Shown: positions 13,165 to 27,520, counted from the first letter of the whole stretch. The stretch: DNA of 63,496 nt, filler included, from Intoshia linei (GCA_001642005.1; 6 parts of 6 records of this genome joined end to end with filler, not necessarily neighbours in it); one strand, 5' to 3'. Translations and numbers: made by a program. Notes: a model not told the origin generated them from the sequence alone.

Positions 13165-13420
13165 AATCGATCTGAAAATTACAAAGATTTAATCGAAGAG
13201 TTATTGATAAAATACCAAGAAATGAACTGCCTTTATAGCATAAAAATGCATTACCTAGAATATCATTTAGATTTCTTTGCGTTAAACTGCGGTATGTGGT
13301 CAGACGAAAAGGGTGAACAATTTCATCAAACTATGATATTATATGAAAGACATTTTGGAAGATGTAGATCATTAAATATGATTTGTGATTTTGTTTGGTG
13401 GCGTTCAATAAAAAGTAAAT
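13165..13420 (+). mobile_element. Chapaev3-like (CMC superfamily) transposase C-terminal remnant
   Basis: ENYKDLIEELLIKYQEMNCLYSIKMHYLEYHLDFFALNCGMWSDEKGEQFHQ..MICDFVW matches the remembered family motif MSLKIHFLHSHLDFFP.NLG.VSDE.GERFHQ..MLADYCW. Confidence 0.75.
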
Positions 13421-14832
13421 TTATATCTATCACTTACATCCTTGATATTGAACAAGATTCGTCTAGGGGTAACCCGAAAAAGTTGATTTTACGTGTAATG
13501 TAAGTAGTACATCTAGAAAATTTTTATTTCATATTATTTGTCGATGTTGCCTTAAAATTAGAGTTAATTAATTAAGGTAATTAAATAATTAATGACAATT
13601 TTTTTTATACATATGTAGACGTGTATGTCTATCTGTCAATTTTACCATTTGTAATATACAATATTAATTGTAAATAGACCTCACGGCGGAGTGTACCTCT
13701 TTAAAAAAAAACTTTAACCCTTAATTAAATCCAAAGTCGATCTGGAAATTAATAAATTTTTTTAAAAATAGATGTATACTGGTTCACTTACATATAACAA
13801 AAGTTTCGGTCAGTTTGTCAAAATTTTGTTGGACAGTGTAATAGAAGTTCCATTCTGTGCAAATTTAATGGATTTATTGCAGAGTTGGCATTTTGCACGT
13901 TCATTGCCCAATTTATCAAAATTCTGGGATAATTTTCATTTTTTGAAAAAGGGTAATTTGTGGTTTTGACCCTGAATTTATATATTATGTTCAATAATCC
14001 AAGCTTCTTGCAAACTATAACTATTTTTTGGCATTTTATAAATTTATTAGTTGAAAATACCATAGCGTATTACATTTTATATAATAAACTAATAATTTTT
14101 AGTACGTTTTTATCAGTGCTGCCTAAAACGTACTTCTGGGCCAGAAGTTCTGGCAGCATTATCTAAACTCGAAATATCTATGCTGATTTTAATAAAAACA
14201 ATACATTATAACTCAATTATGTGGTTTTTGGATGGATGATGCAATTTACATCGATGATTTAACAATAAATATTTTGTTAATAAAGTTAATAATAAAATCT
14301 TCAAACTGTTGGCTCTAAAATACGAAATATCCCATATTTTCATTAAAGAAACAATTTAAATATGATCAGACAACCCAATGCTCACGCATTTTCAAAAATA
14401 ATGACAAAAACACTAATACACTACAAAAAGTACGCGTATTACCGAAAAAACTTTATTTACTGCGATAAATAATACATTGACCTCAATGTACAGTTTAAAT
14501 TTAGCTACCGTAAAATGTAAACACAAATGTAGCATGTTCGAAAAATTAATTGAAAATTATTGAAATTACACTAATAATGCGTAATTAATCGATATTTTAT
14601 AAAAATATTCGATTTTTAGTTACCAAACAACTATTGCTACGATTGTAAGAAGTAAACGGAATCAGAACAAAAATATTGTCTCCCCACAATAGACTATTTA
14701 ATTGAAAAAATTTTTTGATTGCAAATTAATCGAGTAAATTTAAAATTTTGTATTTAAGGACAGAATAAAAATTTAGTTTATTCCAGTTTAAATATTTACA
14801 CTTGAATTATATCATTTGAATTGAAAAATCTG

Positions 14833-15684
<852 letters not shown>

Positions 15685-15877
15685 TTACATTCCATCATCC
15701 CATAGTTGAGTCATTGACTAATTTATTTTATACACGAAACAAATTATATTTTTATGGGATCGATGTTAATGCGTTTGTAATAATAAATTTATTAATTAAA
15801 CCTTTCAGAGTTATATATTTTAACAAAAATGGTGGTGTTTCCGGTTTGAGTCAAAATTTTCATATATTGTCGTATTT

Positions 15878-18800
15878 TTAATCGTATGAATTTTCAGAGA
15901 ATATGGAGACATCCATAAGGCTAGAGTCAGAGTCAGCTTCCTCTAGTGTTGTCACATCTGCTACTAAAGTCGATAAGTATTATGTCATTTTATTTGATGC
16001 ACAATTGAATATTTTATGAATAAAAACACCCATTATTAACAACTGGAAAACCTGCTAAGAGAATAAATAAATTATTATTACCCTTAACATCACATAATGA
16101 ATCTTTTTGGTTGATTGGTAACTTGACTTGTGTAATTGCTGTAACTAAATATTAATTGAGAAAATAATTTAAATTTGATCATGAAATTGATATTATCTAA
16201 TACCAATGTTAATCAAATGGGAATCCATTATTATACCCAAAAAAAAGAATTTAAAATCCGCGTTTGACAATGCTAGAAACCGTTAGTATGCAGTACAAAA
16301 CTGACAAGATAGTGTCATAAAATATAACATTTAAAAGATCCACCATAAACAAGACCAAAATCCACAGTAAAGTGTTGGGTGTTGGAAAAATTTAAACAGA
16401 TTTTTGTTCACATTGTAGTATTAATATAGGGAACGTTACTTTGAAATATGACACTGTTACTCAAACGGCGCGCTCTACAAAAGTCTAAATACGCTCTCCG
16501 AAAAATTATAACGAATTTATTTATTTTATAAACATTTAAGTTTATTTACGATAATAGTCGATGACAAAAATTGAAGGGTTTCACCGTTTAAAATAGGTTG
16601 AGAATGTTTGTTATATAATTGAAATAATTACCATTAGTCTTATTTAATGCATTTTTTTTTGACGCAATATCCTTAAGTATTCTATGAACTTGTTCCTAAT
16701 AATAACAACAAATTTAACAATACACATGAAATAATGAATATTCAAGAATACCTGATCAATAGATACTTTATGAGCCGCTTCATAAGCGTCATCCAATCTA
16801 TTTTCTATAAGGTAATGCTTGGCTAGGTATAAATAAGCTTCAGATATTTTATCTTCGTCTTTCTAAAAAAAAATCAAACATATCAATTGAGTAAATATCA
16901 AGTATAATTGACACATGCCGACTAATCTACTTCAGTCATCCAGCATGTCAATAAAATGACTATTTTTTTAAAAAAAAAGTCCAAGAATTTTATAAAATAT
17001 AAATTCTGGGATAATTTCTTCATAATATTTCAAATGAAAAACGCAACAAGAACAAATCTGGTTAAATGTTTTTTATTGTTAATTATCCATCAAATGCACA
17101 AATGGCAGTTCAAAATGTTTAAATTTATTCCGTATTGATTATTCGCATGCATAATAATAAGCATAATAGTTCGTATTTAAATTATAAACATCACATTGCA
17201 ATTAAAGTTTGATTTAATGAAATCTCGAGAAATGAAAAAAAAATTTAATAAAAGAAAATAAAAAATTACTTCTAAAATATCATTAACTTCCATTAAATAT
17301 TTTGAAAAAACCGATGCAGCCTGAAGACGTTCATCGCTAACCTGAAAAAGCCTAATAAATATACACAATAAATATATACAGTACACGGTATAATGAAATC
17401 AAAATGTAATCATTACTTAGCCAATTTAAAAAGAGTGTCACTATCATTATTCATAAGGTAAATTTTCCAATAACATTTCTTTGCACATTCGATTTTATTT
17501 AACTCTGTATAAAGATCGGCCATAGCTTGAATAAATCTAAAATCATTAGGCCTAAAATAATAACATTAGCAATGAATTGTATTACATAAAAAATGTATAT
17601 TATACATCAGTGGTTCGCGATTCAAATAGTGTACAAACCTCCATTTCAAAATATTTATTTTTTTGGACCACAAAGGAAACATGAAATAGAAAACATTTAT
17701 GAAAAAATTAAAGGTTTTTTCTATAACATTATATAAGATCAGGTTTTTCAAAAAAATATTGGATAAATTGGATTTTTTATTTTCGATTAGGAAGTTGTTA
17801 CTCATAAAATTTGATAAAATATGGATTTTTCAAAAAAATATTAAAAAAAGAGGATATTTCCCTTAATCGTTGGTAAAAGGATTTTTTATTTTGGGTTTTG
17901 AATTAGGATTAGGAAGTTGCTGCTCATAACATTTGGTAAAATCGGATTTTTCAAATAAATACTGGAAAAAGAGGATATTTCCCTCAATAGTTGGCAAAAG
18001 TAGATTTTTTTTGTGGGTTGAAATAAGAGATTTTTTCAGATAAGATTTGGTAAAATCGTGTTTTTCAAAAAAATATTGGAAAAAATGAATATTTTATTTT
18101 GCTGTTTGATTAAGTGAATTTTTCCTGAGAGTTTATATGGTAAATGGTAATTTTTATTAAATTTTATTAATGGTGGGATAAAATTGAGGTCTTTGAAATA
18201 ATAATGTAGCGGTCGTCTAGGCTAGAGGTTCTCAACCTTTTTTTAGAATCGCCTCTCTAAGCCCACAATTCACACATATTTTTTTAAATCGCCCTTCCAT
18301 AATTCATAAACAAGTTGTTACTGTTACTCAATTTTTTAAAAAATCGACCCATAAAACCAATAATTCTGTTAAAAAAATTGTAATACATTTATATGTTAGA
18401 TAAGACCAAAAGTTGCCAAAGTGGGCGATATAGCCCCAGGGGTGGCTATTTAAATAATTGATTTTATAAAAATCATAAAAAGAATATATTTTCCATTCAA
18501 TGTAATTTACTTTTAAAGCCACACATTGTTTCATATCCATTTTGATGTATTACAGTATACATTGTAGTAAAATTGATGCGATACAGCCAGAAACTACTTA
18601 TAACTTTTCCATCATCATACCTCGTTGAACGTTTCAGTGTTGTAATGAATTTATTGACCAAAAATAGGAATAGATTACAAATATTCGACCGTAGAGATTT
18701 ACAATTCATGTTGACTGACATAAAACCAGAAATAAAAAAATTAGTGCATCAACATCAGATCCACTTTTCACATTAATATTATCCTCTACTTATATAAAAT

Positions 18801-20746
18801 TGAAATATAATAAACCTGTGTTTCTGTGTTAGTTTTTTTACAAAATTAACAGACGTAGAATTTGAAAAAACCCAATTTCTAATACCGTTTTTCCCAGAAC
18901 ATGTTTTTATTTATTTTTCAGTTTCGATTTGAGTCCTTCAGGGTCAAAAATCCAATTTTCCCTTTTGTTTAAAAAATAAATCAACCCAAAAATTATTAAT
19001 AATAAGTAGATAATTATCTACTTAAGATTCGACCAGATAATTAGTTATGTTTTGAAGAAAAAACATCAAAAATTATAATTTTAAATTGATGTCAAATGTT
19101 TGATTTTTTTGTTTTAATCAAATGTTATACAGAGTTTTCGAAAAAAATCACGTTTACAGAAATGAATTATTATTTCATTATTTTTTACCAGTTACTATTT
19201 CATGTATGCATGAAATCTGAAAACAAAATGTAATAAAAAATTACTTAGTTTCTAAACCGAGCTGATAGTACATCAATGCATACGAATACATTTTTGCAAT
19301 TTCATAAGCTTGTCCTAGTCCGTAGTAAGCTCTGTGATCATCACACAATTCTAAATCATTATAAAAATTGTAAATATATTGAAGACATTCAATAAAATTT
19401 AACGTATTGTGACCCCTCAAACCTAAATTTGTCATGAACCCTTACAGTAATATCAACTTATTACCCACAACGAATTTTTCGCTCACTCGAATTAAATTTT
19501 GTAGGTTGATAAAGACTTTAATATTACGTACTACATTTATTTTTCTCCAAAAGCCGAAATAACACAAAATTAATCTTATTTTTTATATAATTATCTGAAA
19601 ACTACCTAGAGCTCGACGATAAACAAATACAGATCCAGGCACATTCCTTTCTTCAAGGTATTCATGTCCCAATAAAATCCAAGGTCTAATATACGTAGGA
19701 CAAATACGAATAGCACGACGGAAATAAACTATGGCTGTTTTGTGATGCCCTATAAGACTATAATAATTTCCTAGAATGCAACAAGTTTTTTGAGAATAAC
19801 GATTAGAATGAACTACGCTTTTGCAACATTCAAGCAATCCGTGAAAATCTCCAGAAATAAACAATAAATTTGAATAAGAATCGAGAACATCAATGCAATA
19901 CGGGAAACGTTCAATAGTTTCTACTAAAATATCTTTACTTTGTTGATTTTGCATAATCGCTGCATACGTATTAGAAAGTGCTAATGCCACATTAACGTTT
20001 TTCTTAAATTTTTCAAGATAATTATCAAAAATTTCAAAAGACTTATCGATCAAATTTAAATTTGTGTAAATTTTTATCATTGATACCCATTTTGGCACAC
20101 AATCTTGAACTGCATTTAAACATTGCAAGTATTTATCATTCGTTATATTTTCTTCCAATTCATGCCAAGCAGATTGAAGGTATGGTTCCATTTGTACAGC
20201 TAAAATAAAATTTTTGATTGCTTCATCGTTTCTTTTCAATTTATTGAGAATCAACCCAAGTAAATAGTAAATGTATGCATCGAATTCAACATTTTTTTTT
20301 CGTAGATTTAAATTTTGATGTAGATAATAAAAGCCATGATTAAGTCTTGGTATAATATCCACATTTACTTCTCCAAGCACTTTTGGTTCAAATGAATCGA
20401 AACTGGGAGACTTTGAGAAACAATCGTTCATCAATATGTGAAGGTATTCGCAATAGATTAAAGTGAAATAAAAAAAATTTGATGACGACAAGGCGTATAA
20501 TGTTTTGTCAAACTTGAACACACGAGCATATTCTTTGGTGAATATGTATGATTGTATCATTTTAAATTTTACAAATTCTCCTTTTTTAAATGATTTATGC
20601 CAGTCACAAATGTAATATTGATCATTAAAATCAACATCGTTTAATAAATTTGATAAAGATTCACTGCCTCGAATCAAACCTCTATTGAATAGTTGGTCGT
20701 ATATCATCATTATTTTTGAACCCATTTCACAAGCATTTTCTTTCAT
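15878..20746 (-). CDS. CDC23: cell division cycle 23 / APC8 TPR subunit of the APC/C
   Basis: Exon 1 ..TCCILGNYYSLIGHHKTAIVYFRRAIRICPTYIRPWILLGHEYLEERN..YRRAL; then ELCDDHRAYYGLGQAYEIAKM.. (~19246-19350), PNDFRFIQAMADLY.. (~17418-17551), further exons at ~17269-17351, 16753-16863, 16633-16697, 16083-16144; final exon and stop near 15878 tentative. Confidence 0.92.
17740..18222 (+). repeat. dispersed repeat with internal tandem subunits (GGTAAAATCGGATTTTTCAAAAAAATATTGG) in a CDC23 intron
   Basis: Several internal copies; conserved end TGGTGGGATAAAA..AAATAATAATGTAGCGGT..CTAGGCT shared with 51700-51990 (+) and 21946-22008 (-). Confidence 0.75.
18223..18776 (+). mobile_element. hAT (Charlie/ZBED5-like) remnant in a CDC23 intron
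   Basis: Starts TAGAGGTTCTCAACCTTTT; encodes KLLITFPSSYLVERFSVVMNLLTKNRNRLQI..RDLQFMLTDIKPEIKKL..HQIHFSH, the hAT C-terminal dimerisation region. Confidence 0.8.
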
Positions 20747-21081
20747 TTCAAAAATTTAAAATTTTCAAAATAACGAATATTTTTAAATAAAGTTCAATAA
20801 TTATAATTATAATAAACTAATAATGATTCAACAATAACAATTTTCTTTTGTTAAAAAAATTATAGACAAAGCCGAATCGATCATACTCGACCTTTTGTGG
20901 GGTGCCGAAATTTTTGTAAAATGGGGCTTCATTTTTCATGAGCATTGCAAAAATTTTATACTTTACAATATATGTATATGAGAATATCAACTATTTTTTG
21001 TTAAATTTAAAATTAAGACCCTTGAAATGTGACACTACCAAAATTTTTAGAGTCTATTTTTCATTTTCTGTGTAGACTAGA

Positions 21082-21226
21082 GCATGATTCCCACATTTTT
21101 TTCACTGGGGACCGGTAATAAATTATAAAATTTATCGTGGATTATTAAAAAGAAATTACTAGGCAATATTAAAAAAAATTTTCACGGACCAATATTGGTC
21201 CTCGGACCGGCATTTAAAAAACGCTG
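21082..21226. mobile_element. short hAT-like MITE
   Basis: Repeated GGACCG/GGACCA subterminal motifs; ends ..CATGATTCCCA and ..AAAAAACGCTG. Confidence 0.45.
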
Positions 21227-21406
21227 CACTATAATATAGTAGGTTCAGATCTGCCTGTTTTTTAACAAGGTTCAAGAATCTTGCCAAAATTTAAGGTGTA
21301 AGTTGGTTATTAACCCAATAACACAAATATAGTTGTAACTGAGAATTGAATGAATAATAAAAATTTATTTTAATTTTAAATAATGTACACTTTTTTAAAA
21401 ACAGAA

Positions 21407-21740
21407 TTAAATAATAATCAATCTCCCACTAAGAATTTTTTTAATATTTCCATCAGTAGGGTAAACAAAATCATTCTTGTTTTGCAAAATTTTACTTCCA
21501 ACAACATTGAGTTGTTTATTACTGGCAACTAAATCATACAAATTCCACAATTTTAATTGTTTTGATTTTCCATGTCTCGAAAAAACATAAACACCCTTAT
21601 TGTCCTTGAGATTTGCAAAATTTTTCCAAAATTCTAATGAACCTTCATAAGTCTTTATTAATCCATTCGAATAGCCATGAGAAATTTTTACATTTTTGTC
21701 ATTACTGATTAAATTTTTTGGAACATTCAATACAATGCCT
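21407..21740 (-). CDS. terminal exon of an unknown protein
   Basis: About 110 open codons following an AG acceptor at ~21741; no recognisable motif; upstream exons not found. Confidence 0.4.
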
Positions 21741-22240
21741 AGATATAAAATTACATAAATATAAAATAGTAGTTCCCTATTTGGGGTCCCTGCATCTTTG
21801 GGTCCAAAACTATATGCCTGGGTCCGTAAAATTCAAATAAAACGTAAAAAAAATTTATCAAATTTTGTTTATTTTTATGGGAGAATTTTTAATAATTATT
21901 ACAGAGTAACTCTGTCAGAGTTGTCAGATGTTGAGAATTTATATCAAAGCCTAGTTTACCGCTACATTATTATTTAAAAAATCCCACTTTTATCCCACCA
22001 TTAATAAATTAATTAATTACTTAATTTTTAATTTAATAATTTAATATATTATCAACTAATATTTTTCAAATACATGTACATTCCCTCTAAATGAAAATGA
22101 TTCCCAGCGTGGGTTAAAATGTAATTTTATAAAAACGGTAAATTTGTGCTCAGTGTCAACGAAAAAATTAAAAATAAGTTAACACTTAAAAACAAGACGC
22201 GTTCATACTTAATAATTTTTTATTGCGTTGACATTTAACA

Positions 22241-23647
22241 ATGACAAAAAATTGTAAAATAATTGCAAACGGGACAGCAGAAACGTATGACCCCAACAAT
22301 TTAAATATTGTAAGTAAATATTTTGAAAGAGTTGGACGACACACGTTCGTGGAAAGCAACGAAGTCATCAATTTAATCTGGCCATGTGATACTAACGATT
22401 TAAAATTGTTTATCAAGATTTTGAAAAAAAATGGGAAATTAAAAAGAAACGGTGTGTTAAATGATGAAAATTACAATGAAAAACGTTTAACAATATATAA
22501 CGTATCCACAATCTTACAAATTGCGGACAGGTTCATTTGTCCTGAATTGATTAAAATTTGTTCTAAATATATATTCACCAATTTATATAAAAATTTCCAA
22601 CATTTTTATACAGTTTGCAATGATTTTCAACATTTAGGATTGATGGAAAAAATTTATTCCTTTTTTAAATTCAAATTTGATCGTCATCTTTTTATAAAGG
22701 CTAAAGATACATTGCAGTCAATTTCTCATAAACGAAATAATAATAGAGAAATATTAAATTCCCGCAAAAGCAATCAACTATATCAATTAATCAATCAATT
22801 ATAAACTTCTCTCTGACGACATGTTATGTTTTATCAGAAAAGTCAATTTTAAAGGCCATCGTTATATGGTTAAACTATCAACCGTTTAACAGGAAAAGAT
22901 ATATACTGAATCTTCTGAATTGCATACGCATAGTCAATTAAATCCAAATGACATTTACATATTGTTTTTCAACAACTTTTATAACTCCAATCCAATAAAT
23001 CGAGACCTTGTTGATCAATTTTATTCGATATTGTGTAAATATGCTTTACCAACAGGTATTGTGTCTTAAACTTACAACTCCACTGACCCCTATTTTAAAA
23101 AAAATATTTCGCGGGCCCCTTATAAAAAGTCATGAATAACACATAATTAGTACACAATTATGAAATCCAGGAGTCTGTCGGTCCAGTCTAAGAAACATTG
23201 ATTTAGATATTTCTTTTATAATAAACAATAATTTTTTTATTAATGTTTTAGAACATAAGCTGGTGAAAAAAAGAAGAAAAGAACGATATCCAAATCAAGT
23301 AATTTTATTAATGGGAAAATGGAACGAGAAAAATCCAAGTGACGAAATCGAAATTTATAACATTTACACAAACGTGTGGCATTCAATAGAAGGAAAGTTG
23401 TTTATAAATGAGAAAAATTACATTTTGCATATCACGGATTAATAAAAATAGATAAAAAATTATACTGTATAAAAGGTTACAACGGTGAAGAATGTCTTTC
23501 CACATTATATTGGTACAACCTTGATTTATTTAAAATGGAAAAATTGGCAAATATGCAAGTTGCACGGTGCTATGCTTCGGTTGTATATTTAAAAAAACAC
23601 ATTTACGTCATGGGTGGGTATAATTCTAATGATCGGCTTAAATCAGT
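22241..23647 (+). pseudogene. KLHL10: KLHL10-like BTB-BACK-Kelch gene with several frameshifts, truncated by a gap
   Basis: BTB end LTIYNVSTILQIADRFICPELIKICSKYI; BACK KLLSDDML / VLSEKSILKAIVIWLNYQPFNRKRYILNLLNCIR; Kelch AYHGL..LYCIKGYNG..MQVARCYASVVYL..IYVMGGYNSNDRLKS; about 4 frame changes needed (~22800, 22826, 22932, 23423); intron ~23056-23251. Confidence 0.8.
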
Positions 23648-23747
23648 NNNNNNNNNNNNNNNNNNNNNNNNNNNNNNNNNNNNNNNNNNNNTTAATTAAT
23701 TAANNNNNNNNNNNNNNNNNNNNNNNNNNNNNNNNNNNNNNNNNNNN
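23648..23747. other. assembly gap spacer (also 41485-41584, 43983-44082, 49747-49846, 56117-56216)
   Basis: 100-nt blocks of N surrounding TTAATTAATTAA. Confidence 0.98.
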
Positions 23748-24656
23748 CTAAATTAGAGTCACGGTTTTACCTTTAACTCGCAAAACTAATTAAAAATTTT
23801 GTTGTTGTAAATATTAGTTATCGTATAAAATTGAAAAAAACTGAATAATTTTATATCTATAAACATTTACTGCGCAAATACGATTTTTAAAAAAATGACA
23901 AAATTTTTTCATATTAGTACTTAATATTATATGACGGTTATGTACTTCGTACAAACAACAACTTCTGTAGGGGTGGACTATTTTAATTGTACCAATAAAT
24001 TAAATTTACAGTCAATAATAAAATCTATCTTAATAATGCTACTATTCACTACTATGAATCATCAAAGTAGTGGTTTTTAAACTTGTTTGATCATGATCAT
24101 TGTTCTTGATAGTGCGTTGAGATATCACATATATCCGCTAGAATTGGCTGCATCGTCCATACTGGAAATTAAATATTTTTTAAATCACAAAATCTTTTTT
24201 TGAAATCATAAGCTAATAATTTTAAATGATCAATTAAAAATGCAGAAGGACGTCAAATAATTCCATGAACCTTTCCAACAATTTCTCTTTGAATATTGTC
24301 AACTAGTTTTTTATGGTAAGCCGAGTGAATTTTTTCGATAAAAAAATGCGAATTTATCAAAAATTAGATTATTTTAATTTCTTGACAAATTTTCACAAAC
24401 CCCACTCAAATTTTCTATGCCCCACCGGTGGGAATCACTGCTCTAATGTAATGTATGAATTAAGTAGTGAAACTTGTTATAACATACAAAATTTTTGCTG
24501 TTATACCACATACATTAGTAATTCTACCATACATGTAATTTATTAGTATTAATAATTATGAATCATTAGTAAATTTTGTTAATACAATTGTATAATATAC
24601 AATGTATAAGTATATTATTTTTATATATAATAAATGTAATACTTTTATATTTTTAG

Positions 24657-25183
24657 GAGTGGTCGATTTAGTAAAGGATCATATAAACAGTATTAAAAAT
24701 ATCGATTTGAAGCTTAAAATTAACAAAGTGAAAGTATATAATCATATTACAGCTTTGACAATTGTTATAATACCTATACTGAGAACGATTTTCGGTGGTT
24801 TTTCGATACCAGTGGTTATGGTGCCAACGACTTACTTTATAGTAAACAGTATATTTTTTTTTGTGAATTTTAAATATGTACCATCTATTCATTGGATGAA
24901 ACATAGTAGTTCCTCGGAAGTAGATTTTGTAAAGAACATTTTGTATGCGTATACAAAGGGAATATCATTTTCAATATTTGCGTATGAAGCAAAACTTGCG
25001 TTTTATGAATACAATAATTATGATGGTCAATATATACTATTTGTAAATCACACTTTAATGGTAATTGCTTTTAGTGTTGGAATTGCAGTCGTATATGAAT
25101 TGTATGAAGTGATTCCAATTAATTCCTTCTTTGATTCAATTATTTATGAAGCCGTCTTTGATATGGCTTCAATGAAGATATAA
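24657..25183 (+). CDS. terminal exon of an unknown multi-pass membrane protein
   Basis: Long open frame after a TTTTAG acceptor; about 4 hydrophobic segments; TAA followed by AATAAA. Confidence 0.55.
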
Positions 25184-25565
25184 TCAAATAAACTAAAATT
25201 ATTTATTTTTTTAATAAATTTTAAGTGTTTCATACATTTTATTTATTAATTAATATTACAATAAAGCAAGGTTTCTCTATCATGTTAATGTCAATAACTA
25301 GGTTGACTGTTTTTTAATTCTATTAAAAAATAAATTCACATTATCTGTCAATAATAACAACTACTTTATAAATGCTACTATTCACTATTATTAATTTTTA
25401 ATAGGAGTGGTTCCAAACTTGTTTCACCAAGAACCATCATTTCACATTACCTTCCAATTTAAAGTGAATTATTCCCACGATTTATTTCAAAGAAAATAGA
25501 TTATTAGCACGCTTAAAATTGATAAAAATCATGTTAACGTTTTCATATTAAAAATATGTAAACAA

Positions 25566-26548
25566 TCCTAACTTATATAAAAAGCTACGCGATTTTTGTT
25601 TGTGTGTTTGTCTGTGTATGTGTGTTCCACTTTATTGAAATAACTACCACTCTTAGAATTTTCTAAAGACCACATTTCAATTACAGTTTTTTTCCGGGAC
25701 GTATAATAAGATAACTTTCAACCTCCCAATTTCACATCTTACGGGTCAAAAACCCTTGTTGTCCCTCTTTTTGAAAATCAAACGAATTGGAAAATTTAAA
25801 AAAATATATACGCTGATGCAGAGTTTAAAATCATAAACATTATTATAAATTTAAATTTTAAAAAATTATATCTTCAAGGCCAAAACCATAATTATATAAT
25901 TAATACTGAAATAATTAACGGTCCGAAAATTAAAAAAAAAAAATTATTCTGATAGAGCTTATTCCGGTTGATATAAATACAAAATTTCCACCCAGAAATC
26001 TACTCATTCCCGGTTAAAAATAAATTTTAATATATTATCAACCAATATTTTTAATTATTTCAATAGTTTCGAAGTAAAAAAAATAAATATTAAAGTGCTT
26101 TTTTGACGATGAAGGCATCACTTCATCAGATTGAAATTTTTTGTGTGTGTTAACAGGATATAACTGTATCATCTGTAAATTTTTTTAAATTCTAGGGCTT
26201 TATTCATTTCAAAAAAAGGGTAATCTGGGTTTTTGACTATGATGTATAAAATTCTTAATTTTTACAAAAAAAGGTAACTTGGGGTTTTGGTTAGAATTAT
26301 GTAGGTATTTAAAATTGAAAATTATCATAATATTGATGAATTTAAAACTTTTTATTAGAATGTGTATTTTTTATAATTCTAAGACCGGGTTAAATATAAA
26401 AACAAAGGGCAATTGGTGTTTTTAACCTTAAACTCAATTTTTAAAATTGAAACTTGCGATAAAACATTACTCTGGAAAAACTGTTATAAGAATATGGAAT
26501 TTGTAAAACTCAACTCCGCTTCTTTCTTAAATAAACAAATAAAGAAAC
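25566..26548. mobile_element. foldback-like copy of the modular repeat (forward arm then diverged reverse arm)
   Basis: 25566-26060 forward consensus; 26090-26548 reverse-complement modules (TTTTGAC..GAAG, GGGTTTTTGAC, GGAAAAACTG). Confidence 0.7.
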
Positions 26549-27133
26549 GTACATTTTTAACCATTTGATTGTTTTTTTTAAATGAGGTACTAAACACAAT
26601 GTAATCAACACGACAGAAAATGAATTCAACATATTGTAATGTGAACATTGTTTTGATAATTATGGAGTAATTACATTAAACTTCTTGCAATTGCATCTAA
26701 TACTTTTGTCTATATTTGAATTTTTTTGTTTACTACATTTACACCTATCTTATGGTTTATCAATATTTAACCGAGGTTTGCTGATTCAATAATACATTTA
26801 ATCTTTCATTAGTAATGTTATTAGTGACAAATTTATCACAAGAATTGTGATATATTTTGTAACACAAGTATCACTTGCTGCTTTTTTAATTTTTTAAATT
26901 TACAAAATAATTTTTCCTTTTAGAATTACTGATTGTAGAATCAAGTTCACACGACGGTACAAATTTTGGCGTTCGTAACGATTCCAGAATCGCGATGCGT
27001 AGCCTATTAATAATTTTTTATAATGTTAAGTTTTAGTTTAAAGTTTAAATGCAGTTTTATGAAATAAGTATTTTACGTTGTTTTGATAAGTATTATTAAA
27101 AATGATCATTAGAACAGACTATAAAAACCCACC

Positions 27134-27520
27134 CTATAATGGGCCAATGATCGAATCGACAATTAGATCATGAAATTCTACCATTGTAGTTTTCATCGAA
27201 TCAATCTTATCTTCTAAATATTTTTTATAATTATCAACAGATGCTACAGCCTTACCCTTGCTCAAACTAGATAAGCTGTTTGATTTCTCAGAGTTTTCAA
27301 GTTTACCCTTATAAGAAAGATCTAATGCTTTTTCTTGGTCGCACTGATCAGAAATAATTGGTTGTGTGATGGCATTTTTATGAGAAAGCGTTGAATTTTC
27401 ATTATCATTATCTTGAATATTGACATTTTTCATTTTAAGCTCTAAATTAGTTTCACTTTCACAAGTGAAAGGGTTAAAATGGTAAGGGTCTCCGCTAAAA
27501 ATTCTCCAATTTTAGTTTTT
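27134..27520 (-). CDS. unknown protein exon, possibly a degraded gene; contains ALDLS, a PXDLS-like motif
   Basis: More than 120 open codons of hydrophilic composition; neighbouring candidate exons (26925-27003, 27540-27700) cannot be joined without stops. Confidence 0.35.

Noticed and set aside
17740-18100. CRISPR-like repeat-spacer array
   Set aside because: Eukaryotic context, degenerate repeats, repeated rather than unique spacers, no cas genes
23648-23747. Palindromic TTAATTAATTAA recurring five times
   Set aside because: Always centred in exactly 100-nt N blocks; it is a six-frame-stop scaffolding linker
27461-27478. piggyBac-like end TTAACCCTTTCACT
   Set aside because: Lies inside an open frame and I found no partner terminus
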